From the NCBI GenBank assembly GCA_965637545.1, contig OZ281494.1, positions 34,100,001-34,164,000 on the forward strand: 64,000 bases of DNA, in the 5' to 3' direction. The stretch is from Phallusia mammillata. Taxonomy: Eukaryota. The first letter of the stretch is position 1; each line of letters begins with the position of its first letter. A program made the position numbers and the translations under genes. This document shows, piece after piece, positions 13,325 to 27,215 of the stretch. The notes beneath the pieces were generated by a model. That model saw only the letters and a list, made by a program, of their open reading frames with translations. It ran no database searches and was not told the DNA's origin.

Positions 13325-13556
13325 ATTGTACCATAAGTCCATTGTTACGACATAACTGCCAGCCAAGTGTGGCCTGCTTTCACGGTTTCCTTTGTTTCCA
13401 CACGTATAGGCAGGGTTGCCATACCGTCCTTATTTCTAAGATTGTACCATAAGTCCATTGTTACGACATAACTGCCAGCCAAGTGTGGCCTGCTTTCACG
13501 GTTTCCTTTGTTTCCACACGTATAGGCAGGGTTGCCATACCGTCCTTATTTCTAAG
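13325..13556. repeat. 116-bp direct tandem duplication spanning the left junction of a hAT MITE
   Basis: 13325-13440 equals 13441-13556; single-copy in unit 2 (~19435-19550). Confidence 0.92.
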
Positions 13557-13908
13557 ATTTGTCCTTATTTTGAAGGGCTATGTCTTAGAAAAGTTCATTG
13601 TCCTTATTTCTAAGAAATGTCCTTATTTTTGACTTGAGTCCTTATTTTGTCTTATTTTCAACAATTATGAGTCAAATTCCTGCTACAAGTAAAAGTAAAC
13701 CTAGACCTGAGCTGTTGTAAGATGCACGAAACATTTTCTCCGGACAAGGGGTTGCTGGAACAGACTGTTTCTGGCCAAAATATAGCATATGAAATGTCAT
13801 GGCTGGTATAAATGCAAAGATTTGTTCAAAAACGCTTGTTTTTGTTACGTATGAAAATTTGATTTTTCGATTGTCCTTATTTTTGGTTTCAAGTCGATGG
13901 CAACCCTG
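13527..13908. mobile_element. hAT MITE (382 bp)
   Basis: TIRs cagggttgccat...atggcaaccctg; perfect TSD cgtatagg; internal gtccttatt repeats. Confidence 0.92.
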
Positions 13909-15075
13909 CGTATAGGCTATAGGCTAGTTAGTGTTTCAGCAGTATCTCTAAGTCTGTGGTGTATGCATTAAATTTGCTGTGGTGAATAATTTTATGTTAT
14001 ATCAGTTAGATTGTTTGGACTGTATTGTATTTGTGATGTTCTTGAATGTATTTGGTTTAGGTCAGGGTTCTTCAACGGGGGCGATATCAAATTTTACATT
14101 TTGTTAATTTGGTTTCATGGTTACAGATGTATCTGTCACTTCTATCAAACTAAAAAAATCTGTAATGTTAAAACCATATTCCGTTTTTCTGCGATTCAGA
14201 CCCACGTTACAGCTTGAGTGGCATGAAATCGTCGTTTATGAAATTCATTTAACAAATTAAGCGCTTGTGTTGTAGGAGTTGGGAACAAACTTACAAACAT
14301 TCTGCTATACCTTCACGGTTTGTTCAACGGCTCTCAAGTCATCGTAGTGTTTATTTTTTGCGATAGGGCGAATAGACAAGCGATCAGTTTTTTGCGCAGC
14401 ATAGAATTTCCATTGTCCAATAATACACACAAGTTCCCCTGAGCACACCGAGGACCACTGTGAGCAGCGTTAGATGTGCCACATACAAATTTAACCGTAG
14501 TATACCAAAAGTTCCGTTTTCGTCTAAAACTCAGATTGTGCGCATCTATAAAGTCATATATGTGATCACATCCATATGAGTTAAACTTGTCAAACTCTTG
14601 TATCGGTTCGTGCAAGTTTGTTAGTGCTTAGTCATAGTAAAAGCCTCAAACACGACGTGGGTCAGAAACGGTGCATGACGGCCGGATTTGACCAGATTTA
14701 AACTCACATGAAGGAGGTATTACAAACAGAAACAGAGCAAATGAAAAAGCGGGTCAGCAGTTGTTTGTCTAACTGACCGGAGGCAAAGTAAAAGGTTTAC
14801 GAGCTTCTTAAAGACGCGGTACGCGACGAACAGTAAGTTGTTGTTTACCACTTGTCGTGGCAAGGCGGGAGTTGTTTTTACAAGTGAAATAACTTTTAAG
14901 CAAGAAAATAATTTACAGTTGGGCTATACAAAGCATATCATATCTTTAGCTAGAGTTTCTTTAAATAGGTCGACAGATTGCTACTGCACATGGTGCTATG
15001 ATAAATTCTCTAAATGCTTTGAAAAATGAGCATGTTTCCATTTTGTGTACAGTGTCGTTATAAGTTAGTGGAAAA

Positions 15076-16535
15076 ATGGAGTCACTTTATGCTAAACAAC
15101 ACACAGGCTGGCTAAACCAGTATGCTGGAATGCACTACGGTGCCCGTTACCTTAAAAAGCGTTGGAGCAAATTTCTTCCAGCAGAAAATTTCGAATTTAT
15201 CGAGAAACTTTCAAAGATGTCAATTGATGCTGTTGATGAGGTAACTGGACACAAGAAAAGTTTGTTCAATTTATTTATTTGCTTAGTCATTAGTCATTAT
15301 TTTTTACCCAGGCGTGCACCAACAAAAGAGCTTTAGATCTTGGATGCAATGTTGGTGGTATCACGTTCAACCTGGCAGCTAAATTTGATGAGGTTGTTGG
15401 GTTCGATTGTTCCGAAGGTTTCATTGAACTCTGTGAGGAATTGAAGAAAAACGGAAAAGCGACAATTTACTCCTGTGAAGAGGGAGAACTTGAAAATGAA
15501 ATGATGGCTGAGATACCAGATTCCATAGTAAGTTGATTTTGTCTGTCAAGAAGAGGTTCAATTCTTTTTATTCGTCTCTTGCTTGGAATGAAATATTAAT
15601 CAACCAATTTTAAATAATACAAAACTTTAAAAAAAAAAATTCTGCACAAAGAAATTGCGACTACCAGGGTTGGTACATCTTCGAAAACCGTTTCCCATCA
15701 ACCTTTTAAACCCAATGAGTTTTGTTTTTCTTCCCTTAGGACCGAAGCAAGTGCAGTTTTATGTTGGGAGATGCTCATGCTTTGCCTTCTGACATTGGAA
15801 CGTTCGGTTGTGTGGTCATAAGCAATGTACTCGATCGCCTCGAGAACCCGAAGAAAGTTTTAAAAACAATTCCTGACCTTTTGGCCGATCGTGGTATCTG
15901 TGTGATTGCGTCTCCTCATTGCTCTTTGGAACCATTTACACCAAAGGTAAGGCTTAGTTCGAAGTAAACAGCAAAGCCAGATAAAGCCAAAGAATAAGAT
16001 ATATATTACTTATGAAAGATGACCTACTTAAAAAGCAATCAATAATTCGCATAAATTCTGTTTTATAACCCATTTAAACAAAGAGAGATGAAAAGTGGCA
16101 TCTGAATGAGTGATTTATTACTTACACAAACTGATCAGTATTACGTGCCTGTTCTATAAAAGTAGACGCATGTCACAGTGTGTCGTATAAAAATCACTTG
16201 AGGTCGAACCGTAATGACTTTTTCATCAATCACAAATTTCTGACAAAGTGCGCACACTCATTTTGCTGAGTCGAATTGTTGACCAAAACCAATCAAGCCT
16301 TACTTGACCCGCAATAATGTTACTTATTAACGGGTAACAAATTTAGGAGAACTGGCTCGGTGGATATTTGAACAAAGACGGACAGACGGTTACAGCATCA
16401 CAAACTATCAAGGAGATTCTGTCTGACAAAATGGAACTTATTCAGACAGAGGAAATCCCATTTGCATTGCAATACCGGATTCGCAACTTTGAATTGGCTA
16501 TTTCTGAAGTTCAAGTTTGGAAAAAATACCCATAA
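15076..16535 (+). CDS. OvoA-Cterm-like methyltransferase copy 2 (258 aa); join(15076..15240,15312..15527,15740..15946,16347..16535)
   Basis: Same exon architecture, open frame, canonical splice sites; ALDLGCNVGG, NVLDRLENP, TPKENWLGG. Confidence 0.92.
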
Positions 16536-18384
16536 AATAATTAACAACCCTGCAAATATAGGCTACAACTTAATCGGCTATTGTACAATCTAATTTACAG
16601 AAGTCGACTATTCTTGTGGATTTTGTTAATAAAAAAACAAGCACACAACTTGTTTAAAAGTGACAAATAAGAAAATTTACATATTTTCGATATTGCGATG
16701 TAACTACCATGCGAAGAACTTACCAAGGTGTTAAAACCGTGTGACACCATGTGATTAAATTACCCATTAAAACAAGCGCGCGCTTTGATTACCATGTGAT
16801 GAAATTATTCTTTAAATTAGGGTTAATGCTTTACGGGTCTTTATACAGATAGTTATTTATGGTTTATCAGTGTCATTTTGAATTCACTTACTGACTATTC
16901 GGTAAAAAGTTCGTGTAATATTTTAGTGGTCTATGGAAAAAGTTGAATTGGCCACACTGGCTGGATAAACAGTTTACAAACCATATGTTCGAAAAGTTGA
17001 CTTATCAAATAAAAACAAGAGTCCCATAGTGTTTGGACTGTAACGAATACCCTTTATTGCAGTCACTTCAACAATCGCTGTTGTCGTTATAGTGTTTCAG
17101 CGCATTCTAAAAGTTGTCTTTGCACACTGGCGTGAATGGAGTTTATTTCGCTTGGTAAAACAAACTGTAGCAGCACTATTAAGCTAAAATGCCACCAAGC
17201 CGGAAATAGACGTGAGTTGAGACGTTATAAAGCGCGACAAAACTACGGTCACAAACAGTTAGAAGCGCGCTGCAGCTGTGGTCACTACATAGCTTTATAT
17301 GAAGCAGGAAATCGAGAGTGAGGTTGGCGCGTTAGGAAATCAAGAATGGCGATGACAACAAATTTTGATAAAATGTATTATCTACCTACAAGTTATTGAT
17401 TTTTTTAGGTGTTGTTATTATTTTATTATTTTCAATTACAGTTTTTCTCTGAAGTAAACATAGGTTGAATGGTACGGTTTTATCGAAGCAATAACAAATG
17501 TTTTACAGCAAGGAAACGCAAAGTTGTATAAACCCAAAATTCATTTTTTGAAGCAGGTTCAATTTATAACTCTTCACCAAAAGGCCGAATGTAATGTAGC
17601 TGGAGATTATTTTAGATTAATGTTGCAGTCGGGTACACGGTTATTTATCTGAGATGAAACAAAGTGTAATAATCTGTACAAAAACACTATACAAAAACAA
17701 GTCGGATTCAGTTCCTCATTACTTACTAAAACAGATCGATATGTTTTGATAAAAAACTTCATGATGAAAATGAAATATTTACAAAACACATTTTTCTCCT
17801 TTTTATTGCTGGCTCAACACCCATGGACAACGTCTTCACACATGCCCACCAGGTACTGAAGTTGTACAGCAGGATCAGGACACCTTTTACAATCTAATAC
17901 CAATTACCGACATCTTACATGAAGTTTGGGGAGTCTTGTTTCAGCTTGGGAAACAGCTATCAAACCAAAAAGTTAAAACAAGTCGCTGATCGAATGTATA
18001 AGTGCTTTGCACCAATGCGTGCCCTAGGTACCAATCTGCATCAGCCGAACTGCGAGAACATGAAAATAAAATCGTAATAATTCACAAAGACAACTTTTCA
18101 TCAATCGTTCGCATCTATTTTTAAAAAATGCGACTACCAAATAATGCTTTCCTTGACTTGTGTCGCGTAATTCAACATAGACTGGTTTCCACTTGGTTCA
18201 GGGCTAATTCTTTTTCTAGAAGTTATTTCTTCTGCACTTTGAATGTTTTATCAAACATCTGCTACTCAAGCAGTTTCTTTTTTCTCACACGGCGCGGTTT
18301 CCTGGGAATGCGACAAAACGATTTGTCTTGTCGTGCAAGACAAACTTCAGCTTTGTATTTCGAAATGAACTGCATGGTTTAGTG

Positions 18385-18682
18385 TTGGTAGTCAGCAACA
18401 TAAAAACCTACGGGTTCAAGATATTGCCTCAGGAAAATTCCGGTGAAAGTTTGTGCTCGCCGATGTTTACTTGAAGCAGATATGTTGATGTTAAACGGCA
18501 ATGTCTGGTACATGCTCAGTCGTTAATTAGCATTGTCATAGGCAAGACAAACCAAGCACACCTCGCTAAATGCGATTAGCAACACGCAACCGGACCGATA
18601 CTTAATCCCACATATCCAGGATTTTTACTGACTGTCAGGTGACTGTCAGGTGCTACGATGTTTTGTAAAATCGATCTGGCCC
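18385..18682 (+). mobile_element. Gypsy pol fragment (duplicate of 12276-12573)
   Basis: Same sequence carried in duplication unit 2. Confidence 0.7.
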
Positions 18683-19520
18683 TTGTGTGTTTTTCGACAC
18701 AAACTTGAAGCACTATTCGGAACTTGGCTGCAACAGATCGGATGACAATTCTACAGGCTTTATCAGATGTCAATGTAACCATCCGTCGTCTGTGTTTAGC
18801 GTTCTTCTGAATCTGTTGCATTGCAGCACTTAGCAATAAAATCAACATTTTTGTCTCGATGTTGCTTGTTGTTTTTTTTTTTTATCAAAATAGGCCTATA
18901 TTATTTATTTGACATTTTTATTCACAATTTACAAGTTGTACAATGAATTTTAACTGTATATTATGATGCAAAATCTTTGTATTGGGGGCATTTCTTCCAA
19001 ACTTGCACTTCTGATACAGCCAGTTCAAAATTCCGTTTTCTGTATTGATTCACAAACGGGATTTCTTGGACCTCAAGCAATTTCATCTTTTTGCACAAAA
19101 TGTCTCTGATAGTTTTCGAAGCAGTGATCTCAGTTCCGTCTTAGTTCAAATACCCCCCGAGCCAGTTCTCCTGTGACATAACTTTGATCATTATTATGCA
19201 ACAATTGCAGTATTATGCAATAATTGCAAGAGTTCGACATGACGAATTAAACTTACGGATCCGGCCCGCGACGGGGTTTTGAGCGGCCCGCAGACAGTTT
19301 CAGGTCTTACATGATAATGTGGCCCGCGGCCACAGTCTGCCGCAATCCCCCACTACTTGCTTACAGCGTCAAATTGTAGTTGTAACGGACAGTACGCTCC
19401 ACAATAGCAAACAAAAATTCCCGCCGTTGCTACCATTGTACCATAAGTCCATTGTTACGACATAACTGCCAGCCAAGTGTGGCCTGCTTTCACGGTTTCC
19501 TTTGTTTCCACACGTATAGG

Positions 19521-19902
19521 CAGGGTTGCCATACCGTCCTTATTTCTAAGATTTATCCTTATTTTGAAGGGCTATGTCTTAGAAAAGTTCATTGTCCTTA
19601 TTTCTAAGAAATGTCCTTATTTTTGACTTGAGTCCTTATTTTGTCTTATTTTCAACAATTATGAGTCAAATTCCTGCTACAAGTAAAAGTAAACCTAGAC
19701 CTGAGCTGTTGTAAGATGCACGAAACATTTTCTCCGGACAAGGGGTTGCTGGAACAGACTGTTTCTGGCCAAAATATAGCATATGATATGTCATGGCTGG
19801 TATAAATGCAAAGATTTGTTCAAAAACGCTTGTTTTTGTTTCGTATGAAAATTTGATTTTTCGATTGTCCTTATTTTTGGTTTCAAGTCGATGGCAACCC
19901 TG
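19521..19902. mobile_element. hAT MITE (duplicate of 13527-13908)
   Basis: Same TIRs and TSD cgtatagg. Confidence 0.92.
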
Positions 19903-21069
19903 CGTATAGGCTATAGGCTAGTTAGTGTTTCAGCAGTATCTCTAAGTCTGTGGTGTATGCATTAAATTTGCTGTGGTGAATAATTTTATGTTATATCAGT
20001 TAGATTGTTTGGACTGTATTGTATTTGTGATGTTCTTGAATGTATTTGGTTTAGGTCAGGGTTCTTCAACGGGGGCGATATCAAATTTTACATTTTGTTA
20101 ATTTGGTTTCATGGTTACAGATGTATCTGTCACTTCTATCAAACTAAAAAAATCTGTAATGTTAAAACCATATTCCGTTTTTCTGCGATTCAGACCCACG
20201 TTACAGCTTGTGTGGCATGAAATCGTCGTTTATGAAATTCATTTAACAAATTAAACGCTTGTGTTGTAGGAGTTGGGAACAAACTTACAAACATTCTGCT
20301 ATACCTTCACGGTTTGTTCAACGGCTCTCAAGTCATCGTAGTGTTTATTTTTTGCGATAGGGCGAATACACAAGCGATCAGTTTTTTGCGCAGCATAGAA
20401 TTTCCATTGTCCAATAATACACACAAGTTCCCCTGAGCACACCGAGGACCACTGTGAGCAGCGTTAGATGTGCCACATACAAATTTAACCGTAGTATACC
20501 AAAAGTTCCGTTTTCGTCTAAAACTCAGATTGTGCGCATCTATAAAGTCATATATGTGATCACATCCATATGAGTTAAACTTGTCAAACTCTTGTATCGG
20601 TTCGTGCAAGTTTGTTAGTGCTTAGTCACAGTAAAAGCCTCAAACACGACGTGGGTCAGAAACGGTGCATGACGGCCGGATTTGACCAGATTTAAACTCA
20701 CATGAAGGAGGTATTACAAACAGAAACAGAGCAAATGAAAAAGCGGGTCAGCAGTTGTTTGTCTAACTGACCGGAGGCAAAGTAAAAGGTTTACGACCTT
20801 CTTAAAGACGCGGTACGCGACGAACAGTAAGTTGTTGTTCACCACTTGTCGTGGCAAGGCGGGAGTTGTTTTTACAAGTGAAATAACTTTTAAGCAAGAA
20901 AATAATTTACAGTTGGGCTATACAAAGCATATCATATCTTTAGCTAGAGTTTCTTTAAATAGGTCGACAGATTGCTACTGCACATGGTGCTATGATAAAT
21001 TCTCTAAATGCTTTGAAAAATGAGCATGTTTCCATTTTGTGTACAGTGTCGTTATAAGTTAATGGAAAA

Positions 21070-22533
21070 ATGGAGTCACTTTATGCTAAACAACACACAG
21101 GCTGGCTAAACCAGTATGCTGGAATGCACTACGGTGCCCGTTACCTTAAAAAGCGTTGGAGCAAATTTCTTCCAGCAGAAAATTTCGAATTTATCGAGAA
21201 ACTTTCAAAGATGTTAATTGATGCTGTTGATGAGGTAACTGGACACAAGAAAAGTTTGTTCAATTTATTTATTTGCTTAGTCATTAGTCATTATTTTTTA
21301 CCCAGGCGTGCACCAACAAAAGAGCTTTAGATCTTGGATGCAATGTTGGTGGTATCACGTTCAACCTGGCAGCTAAATTTGATGAGGTTGTTGGGTTCGA
21401 TTGTTCCGAAGGTTTCATTGAACTCTGCGAGGAATTGAAGAAAAACGGAAAAGCGACAATTTACTCCTGTGAAGAGGGAGAACTTGAAAATGAAATGATG
21501 GCTGAGATACCAGATTCCATAGTAAGTTGATTTTGTCTGTCAAGCAGAGGTTCAATTCTTTTTATTCGTCTCTTGCTTGGAATGAAATATTAATCAACCA
21601 ATTTTAAATAATACAAAACTTTTTAAAAAAAATTCTGCACAAAGAAATTGCGACTACCAGGGTTGGTACATCTTCGAAAACCGTTTCCCATCAACCTTTT
21701 AAACCCAATGAGTTTTGTTTTTCTTCCCTTAGGACCGAAGCAAGTGCAGTTTTATGTTGGGAGATGCTCATGTTTTGCCTTCTGACATTGGAACGTTCGG
21801 TTGTGTGGTCATAAGCAATGTACTCGATCGCCTCGAGAACCCGAAGAAAGTTTTAAAAACAATTCCTGACCTTTTGGCCGATCGTGGTATCTGTGTGATT
21901 GCGTCTCCTCATTGCTCTTTGGAACCATTTACACCAAAGGTAAGGCTTAGTTCGAAGTAAACAGCAAAGCCAGATAAAGCCAAAGAATAAGATATATATT
22001 ACTTATGAAAGATGACCTACTTAAAAAGCAATCAATAATTCGCATAAATTCTGTTTTATAACCCATTTAAACAAAGAGAGATGAAAAGTGGCATCTGAAT
22101 GAGTGATTTATTACTTACAAACTGGTCAGTATTACGTACTTGTGGTCAGTAGGTAAAGTAAACGCATGTCACAGTGTGTCGTGTAAACAGGTCACTTGAG
22201 GTCGAACCGTAATGACTTTTTCATCAATCACAAATTTCTGACAAAGTGCGCACACTCATTTTGCTGAGTCGAATTGTTGACCAAAACCACTCAAGCCTTA
22301 CTTGACCCGCAATAATGTTACTTATTAACGGGTAACAAATTTAGGAGAACTGGCTCGGTGGATATTTGAACAAAGACGGACAGACGGTTACAGCATCACA
22401 AACTATCAAGGAGATTCTGTCTGACAAAATGGAACTTATTCAGACAGAGGAAATCCCATTTGCATTGCAATACCGGATTCGCAACTTTGAATTGGCTATT
22501 TCTGAAGTTCAAGTTTGGAAAAAATACCCATAA
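21070..22533 (+). CDS. OvoA-Cterm-like methyltransferase copy 3 (258 aa); join(21070..21234,21306..21521,21733..21939,22345..22533)
   Basis: Almost identical to copy 2; by eye differs by S>L (MSID/MLID), A>V (DAHAL/DAHVL) and one silent change. Confidence 0.92.
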
Positions 22534-24592
22534 AATAATTAACAACCCTGCAAATATAGGCTACAACTTAATCGGCTATTGTACAATGTAATTTACAGAA
22601 TTCGACTATTGTTGTGGATTTTGTTAATAAAAAAACAAGCACACAACTTGTTTAAAAGTGACAAATAAGAAAATTTACATATTTTCGATATTGCGATGTA
22701 ACTACCATGCGAAGAACTTACCAAGGTGTTAAAACCGTGTGACACCATGTGATTAAATTACCCATTAAAACAAGCGCGCGCTTTGATTACCATGTGATGA
22801 AATTATTCTTTAAATTAGGGTTAATGCTTTACGGGTCTTTATACAGATAGTTATTTATGGTTTATCAGTGTCATTTTGAATTCACTTACTGACTATTCGG
22901 TAAAAAGTTCGTGTAATATTTTAGTGGTCTATGGAAAAAGTTGAATTGGCCACACTGGCTGGATAAACAGTTTACAAACCATATGTTCGAAAAGTTGACT
23001 TATCAAATAAAAACAAGAGTCCCATAGAGTTTGGACTGTAACGAATACCCTTTATTGCAGTCACTTCAACAATCGCTGTTGTCGTTATAGTGTTTCAGCG
23101 CATTCTAAAAGTTGTCTTTGCACACTGGCGTGAATGGAGTTTATTTCGCTTGGTAAAACAAACTGTAGCAGCACTATTAAGCTAAAATGCCACCAAGCCG
23201 GAAATAGACGTGAGTTGAGACGTTATAAAGCGCGAAAAAACTACGGTCACAAACAGTTAGAAGCGCGCTGCAGCTGTGGTCACTACATAGCTTTATATGA
23301 AGCAGGAAATCGAGAGTGAGGTTGGCGCGTTAGGAAATCAAGAATGGCGATGACAACAAATTTTGATAAAATGTATTATCTACCTACAAGTTATTGATTT
23401 TTTTTAGGTGTTGTTATTATTTTATTATTTTCAATTACAGTTTTTCTCTGAAGTAAACATAGGTTGAATGGTACGGTTTTATCGAAGCAATAACAAATGT
23501 TTTACAGCAAGGAAACGCAAAGTTGTATAAACCCGAAATTCATTTTTTGAAGCAGGTTCAATTTATAACTCTTCACCAAATACCGAATGTAATGTAGCTG
23601 GAGATTATTTTAGATTAATGTTGCAGTCGGGTACACGGTTATTTATCTGAGATGAAACAAAGTGTAATAATCTGTTTTAGCATGACTTGTAGATTGCAGT
23701 CTGACACAGCGAAAACTAAATTCTCGCCTTAAAGAATATTTAACTGGCAGTCAAAAACATGAAACTTATAAAGTACGCCTCATGCGAACATGTTGTGGTA
23801 TGTGAACCTAGCATTAATTTTAATAACGCTAAATAGTTAGTTAGTCGAAAGAACCTACGGTTGATTTTTGAAAGTTGCCCTATTAATTCTAGTCCGAAAC
23901 GTTTGTTTGGTATTTTCACAACAAATACAAAACACTAGAAAAGAAAACGAAAAAGGGTGGAGAATCGGAGGTTTGGCGCGATAAACGATAAACAAGGAGT
24001 AAAAGGACCAGTTCTTAAAGCAGCTGTCAATTATGAACATGTCCATGCCTGGTTTTGAGTCAGACACCCCCGGCCATGGTGGGTGAACGTGCCATGATTC
24101 CCGAAACAACCTCGGATTTACAACAGATGTTTAGACAGATGTATATGCTGGCATATAGCGTGTTTTGCAACATTTAATGTTTCTGTCATTGCTATTGACA
24201 ACATGTTACGCAAGATCACCTAAGGTAAAAGGAAAACATTAAAACGGAAATCACAAAACTGAAGTAACGCGACAACAGACTCGTGGACTAAACAAACACC
24301 AAAATAAACACGTATTACAAACAACACGCCCTACGCAAGTGATGCGAACCACGTAACGATTTATTAAACTGGCGAAATATGTGTACATAAGGGACAAGCC
24401 GTTGGACAACGCATTTAGAAGTTTTTTGAACAGTTATAGCTAGTTTTTTTGAACAGTTATAGATATGTAGCAGAGGCAGGCATTGGTGCAAGGCGTTGTT
24501 AAAAACTTTCTGTGTCTTACAGGCAGCAAAGAGAAACAGTATAAAGCGCTCAGAAAGTGTGATAATAGTTACATTGTTGTTGCCACTAAAAA

Positions 24593-26596
24593 ATGGAGCC
24601 ACTTTACGCTAAGAAACACTCCGGTTGGCTGAACCATTTTGCTGGAATGCATTACGGTTCCCGCTACCTCCAAACACGATGGAGCAAGTTTCTTCAACCA
24701 GAAAACTTCGAATACGTCCCGAAATTGTCAAAGTTGTTACTAGGCGCTGTTGACGAGGTATTTAGAAATTTCTCAATGAAAAAAAGTGTTTACTAGAAGA
24801 CTTGATTCTGTGTTTCGCGGCTTTATAGCCAAATTCAACTTTTGAACAATAATAAACCGGAAAAGCATCTTGTAAATCACAAAGCATATTACAATTATCG
24901 TATGTCTTGTAACTTTGAAGTAGATGTAGCCTATATTTAAAAGGCAACAATAATTGTAAAAATGCGTAATTGTTTATAGCAGTGGTCGGCAACCGCGGTC
25001 CGCGGCCCGGTAACCAACTCCTCGCGGACCGGTACCGGGTATAATTTTTTAGGTTAAATGCTACAAAACATTTTGCCCATGTATCTCGGCCATCACAAAC
25101 TAATTTAAGCGTTTTTATAGCGATATATTTGTAGTTTTTTGAAGACCGGTCCGCGATAAAATTTTGGTTTCAAAACCGGTCCGCAGTGCGAAAAAGGTTG
25201 CCGACCCCTGGTTTATAGTACCAAATGGATAGAAGAACCAGTATCACCTATTTTTAAGACTTCACTTTATTTTGCTATACATGAATTATCACATGCTTTT
25301 ACACTATGCTTCGTCCCCTAATTAGGCTATCCACATTTATGTTGTATCTTTTCCCAGGCGTGCACCAACAAACGAGCTTTGGATCTTGGTTGTTGTGTTG
25401 GTGGTGTCACGTTCAACCTGGCAGAGAAATTTGATGAAGTTATCGGGCTGGACATTAACAAAGGCTTCATAGAGCTCTGTGATGCATTAAAGGAAAACGG
25501 AAAAGCGAAAATTTACTCGTGTGAAGAGGGCGAACTTGAAAGAGAAATGATGGCTGAGATACCAGATTCCATAGTAAGTTGATCTTGGATGTCGGTTCTA
25601 AGAAGTTGTCGACTTTGCGTGACTCTTCATTGTGCGATCGTCGCAAGAATTCACCCAACTAATCTTATGGCATTGTTAAAACCCCTGAAACCCAGTGATT
25701 TATGGGAATACGAGTTTGCATAATGTTTTAACAAAAGCAACATAACCTTAATTATGTAGATCGGACACCTTTTTCATTGAAAAACCCACTTATTTTAAAA
25801 CACGTTTCCTTAAGGGCCATATATCATATTTTTCTAAACTTCGATCTGAACTAAATGTTTGATCGGCTTCAACGCAAGACTTAGAGTAGGAAAAAAGGAA
25901 AGGAAAAACGCATGAATTCAAATTTATCAATTCAATATCAGCGGAATTGTTCAATGTTTCTTCAATGTTTTAGGACCGGAGCAGGTGCAGTTTTATTTTG
26001 GGAGATGTCCATGCTTTGCCTTCTGACATTGGAACGTTCGGTTGCGTCGTAATGAGCAACGTAATAGACCGCCTCGAAAACCCCATGAAGGTTTTGAAGA
26101 GCTTGCCAAGTCTCTTGGATGAAAACGGAATCTGCGTAATTGGTTCACCCAACAATTTTTTGGAAGACTTCACTCCAAAGGTAATGTCATTACAGTTTGC
26201 AAACAATAAGAATAAATATTGAATTTACATGACATTAGTAAAACTTCTGCTAAGTGTAAAGTCAGACTCTAATCAAGGCCGTAGTTAAATTTAGATCCGA
26301 AATGCCCGGCCTAAACTTTGCAACCAAAAACCTTTAACCTTACCTAGGCAACCCCTTGACCTTATATGTAGTGAATGAATTTCTCAAACATTTAGGAGAA
26401 CTGGCTTGGTGGATATGTGAACCAAGATGGACAAGTAGTTGAAGCAACAAATTCTATAAAGGAGATTCTGTCTGATCAAATGGAACTCATTCAGACTGTG
26501 GAAATTCCATTTGTTCTGCAATATCGATCGCGTGCATTTGAGCTGGTTATTTCAGAAATCCAAGTCTGGAAGAAGTCGCCAAAAGCAATCAAATAG
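24593..26596 (+). CDS. OvoA-Cterm-like methyltransferase copy 4 (262 aa); join(24593..24757,25358..25573,25974..26180,26396..26596)
   Basis: Exons of 165/216/207/201 nt, open frame; ALDLGCCVGG, NVIDRLENP, GSPNNFLEDFTPK. Confidence 0.92.
24980..25210. mobile_element. hAT (Buster-like) MITE in copy 4 intron 1
   Basis: TIRs cagtggtcggcaacc...ggttgccgacccctg; perfect TSD gtttatag. Confidence 0.9.
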
Positions 26597-27215
26597 CCTT
26601 TATTGTAACTTACAATTAAACAATGTAAATTAAGAAAACGATTGCTTTGTTGCCTTGTACAGAAAAATCAATAAGCATTTTAATGTCTTAAGATTTAGTT
26701 ACTTAAGGCGCAAAAATGGTGTTCTTTTAATTTAAAAACTTGCGCAATAAAACAATATGACATTGTGTATGGTTTTATTTCAAAGCTTGTACCTAAGAGA
26801 CCGTTCTGTAAAAGATTACCTTGGACTTTCAGCGTCAAATCCCGCATTTCGGACACTTCTTTAGAAATCATATTTTTTGCTTTCAAACTTGGTCGCGGAC
26901 TGTGCGTCGTGTTGATAATTAACTGGACGTTATACAATCTCCGAATCGCAAGAGTGTAGAGATTGTAGAACCGCAAAAAAACGTGTTTCCAAACAACTAG
27001 AACAGTGTTGCATCACAAAAAATCTGGTTCATGTCGACATGTTTCTTACAAACGCCAAGCTTTCCGCAAGGTTTACAGAAAGTTATAGGTCAATGTGCAT
27101 GAGGAAGATGCAAGAAATCTTAGCCTAGTCCTGTGGTCGGCAAACTATGGACAGCAAATTGGGCCTCGACGTGTAATTAAAAATCAATATTATTACGTTA
27201 TTTGATGGTGTAACC

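Larger units (their letters stand above)
11601..17677. repeat. 6-kb tandem segmental duplication, unit 1
   Basis: Near-identical to 17686-23675 along its length; contains methyltransferase copy 2, a hAT MITE and a Gypsy remnant. Confidence 0.95.
17686..23675. repeat. 6-kb tandem segmental duplication, unit 2
   Basis: Near-identical to 11601-17677; separated from unit 1 by the 8-nt insert acaaaaac. Confidence 0.95.

Noticed and set aside
12467-18848. Twice-occurring 90-aa minus-strand ORF (12467..12739, 18576..18848)
   Set aside because: Repeats only because of the 6-kb duplication, overlaps the Gypsy remnant in antisense, and has no recognisable motif.
14334-20609. Twice-occurring 93-aa ORF (14334..14615, 20328..20609) and other duplicated short ORFs
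   Set aside because: Same duplication effect; no domain signature or splice support.
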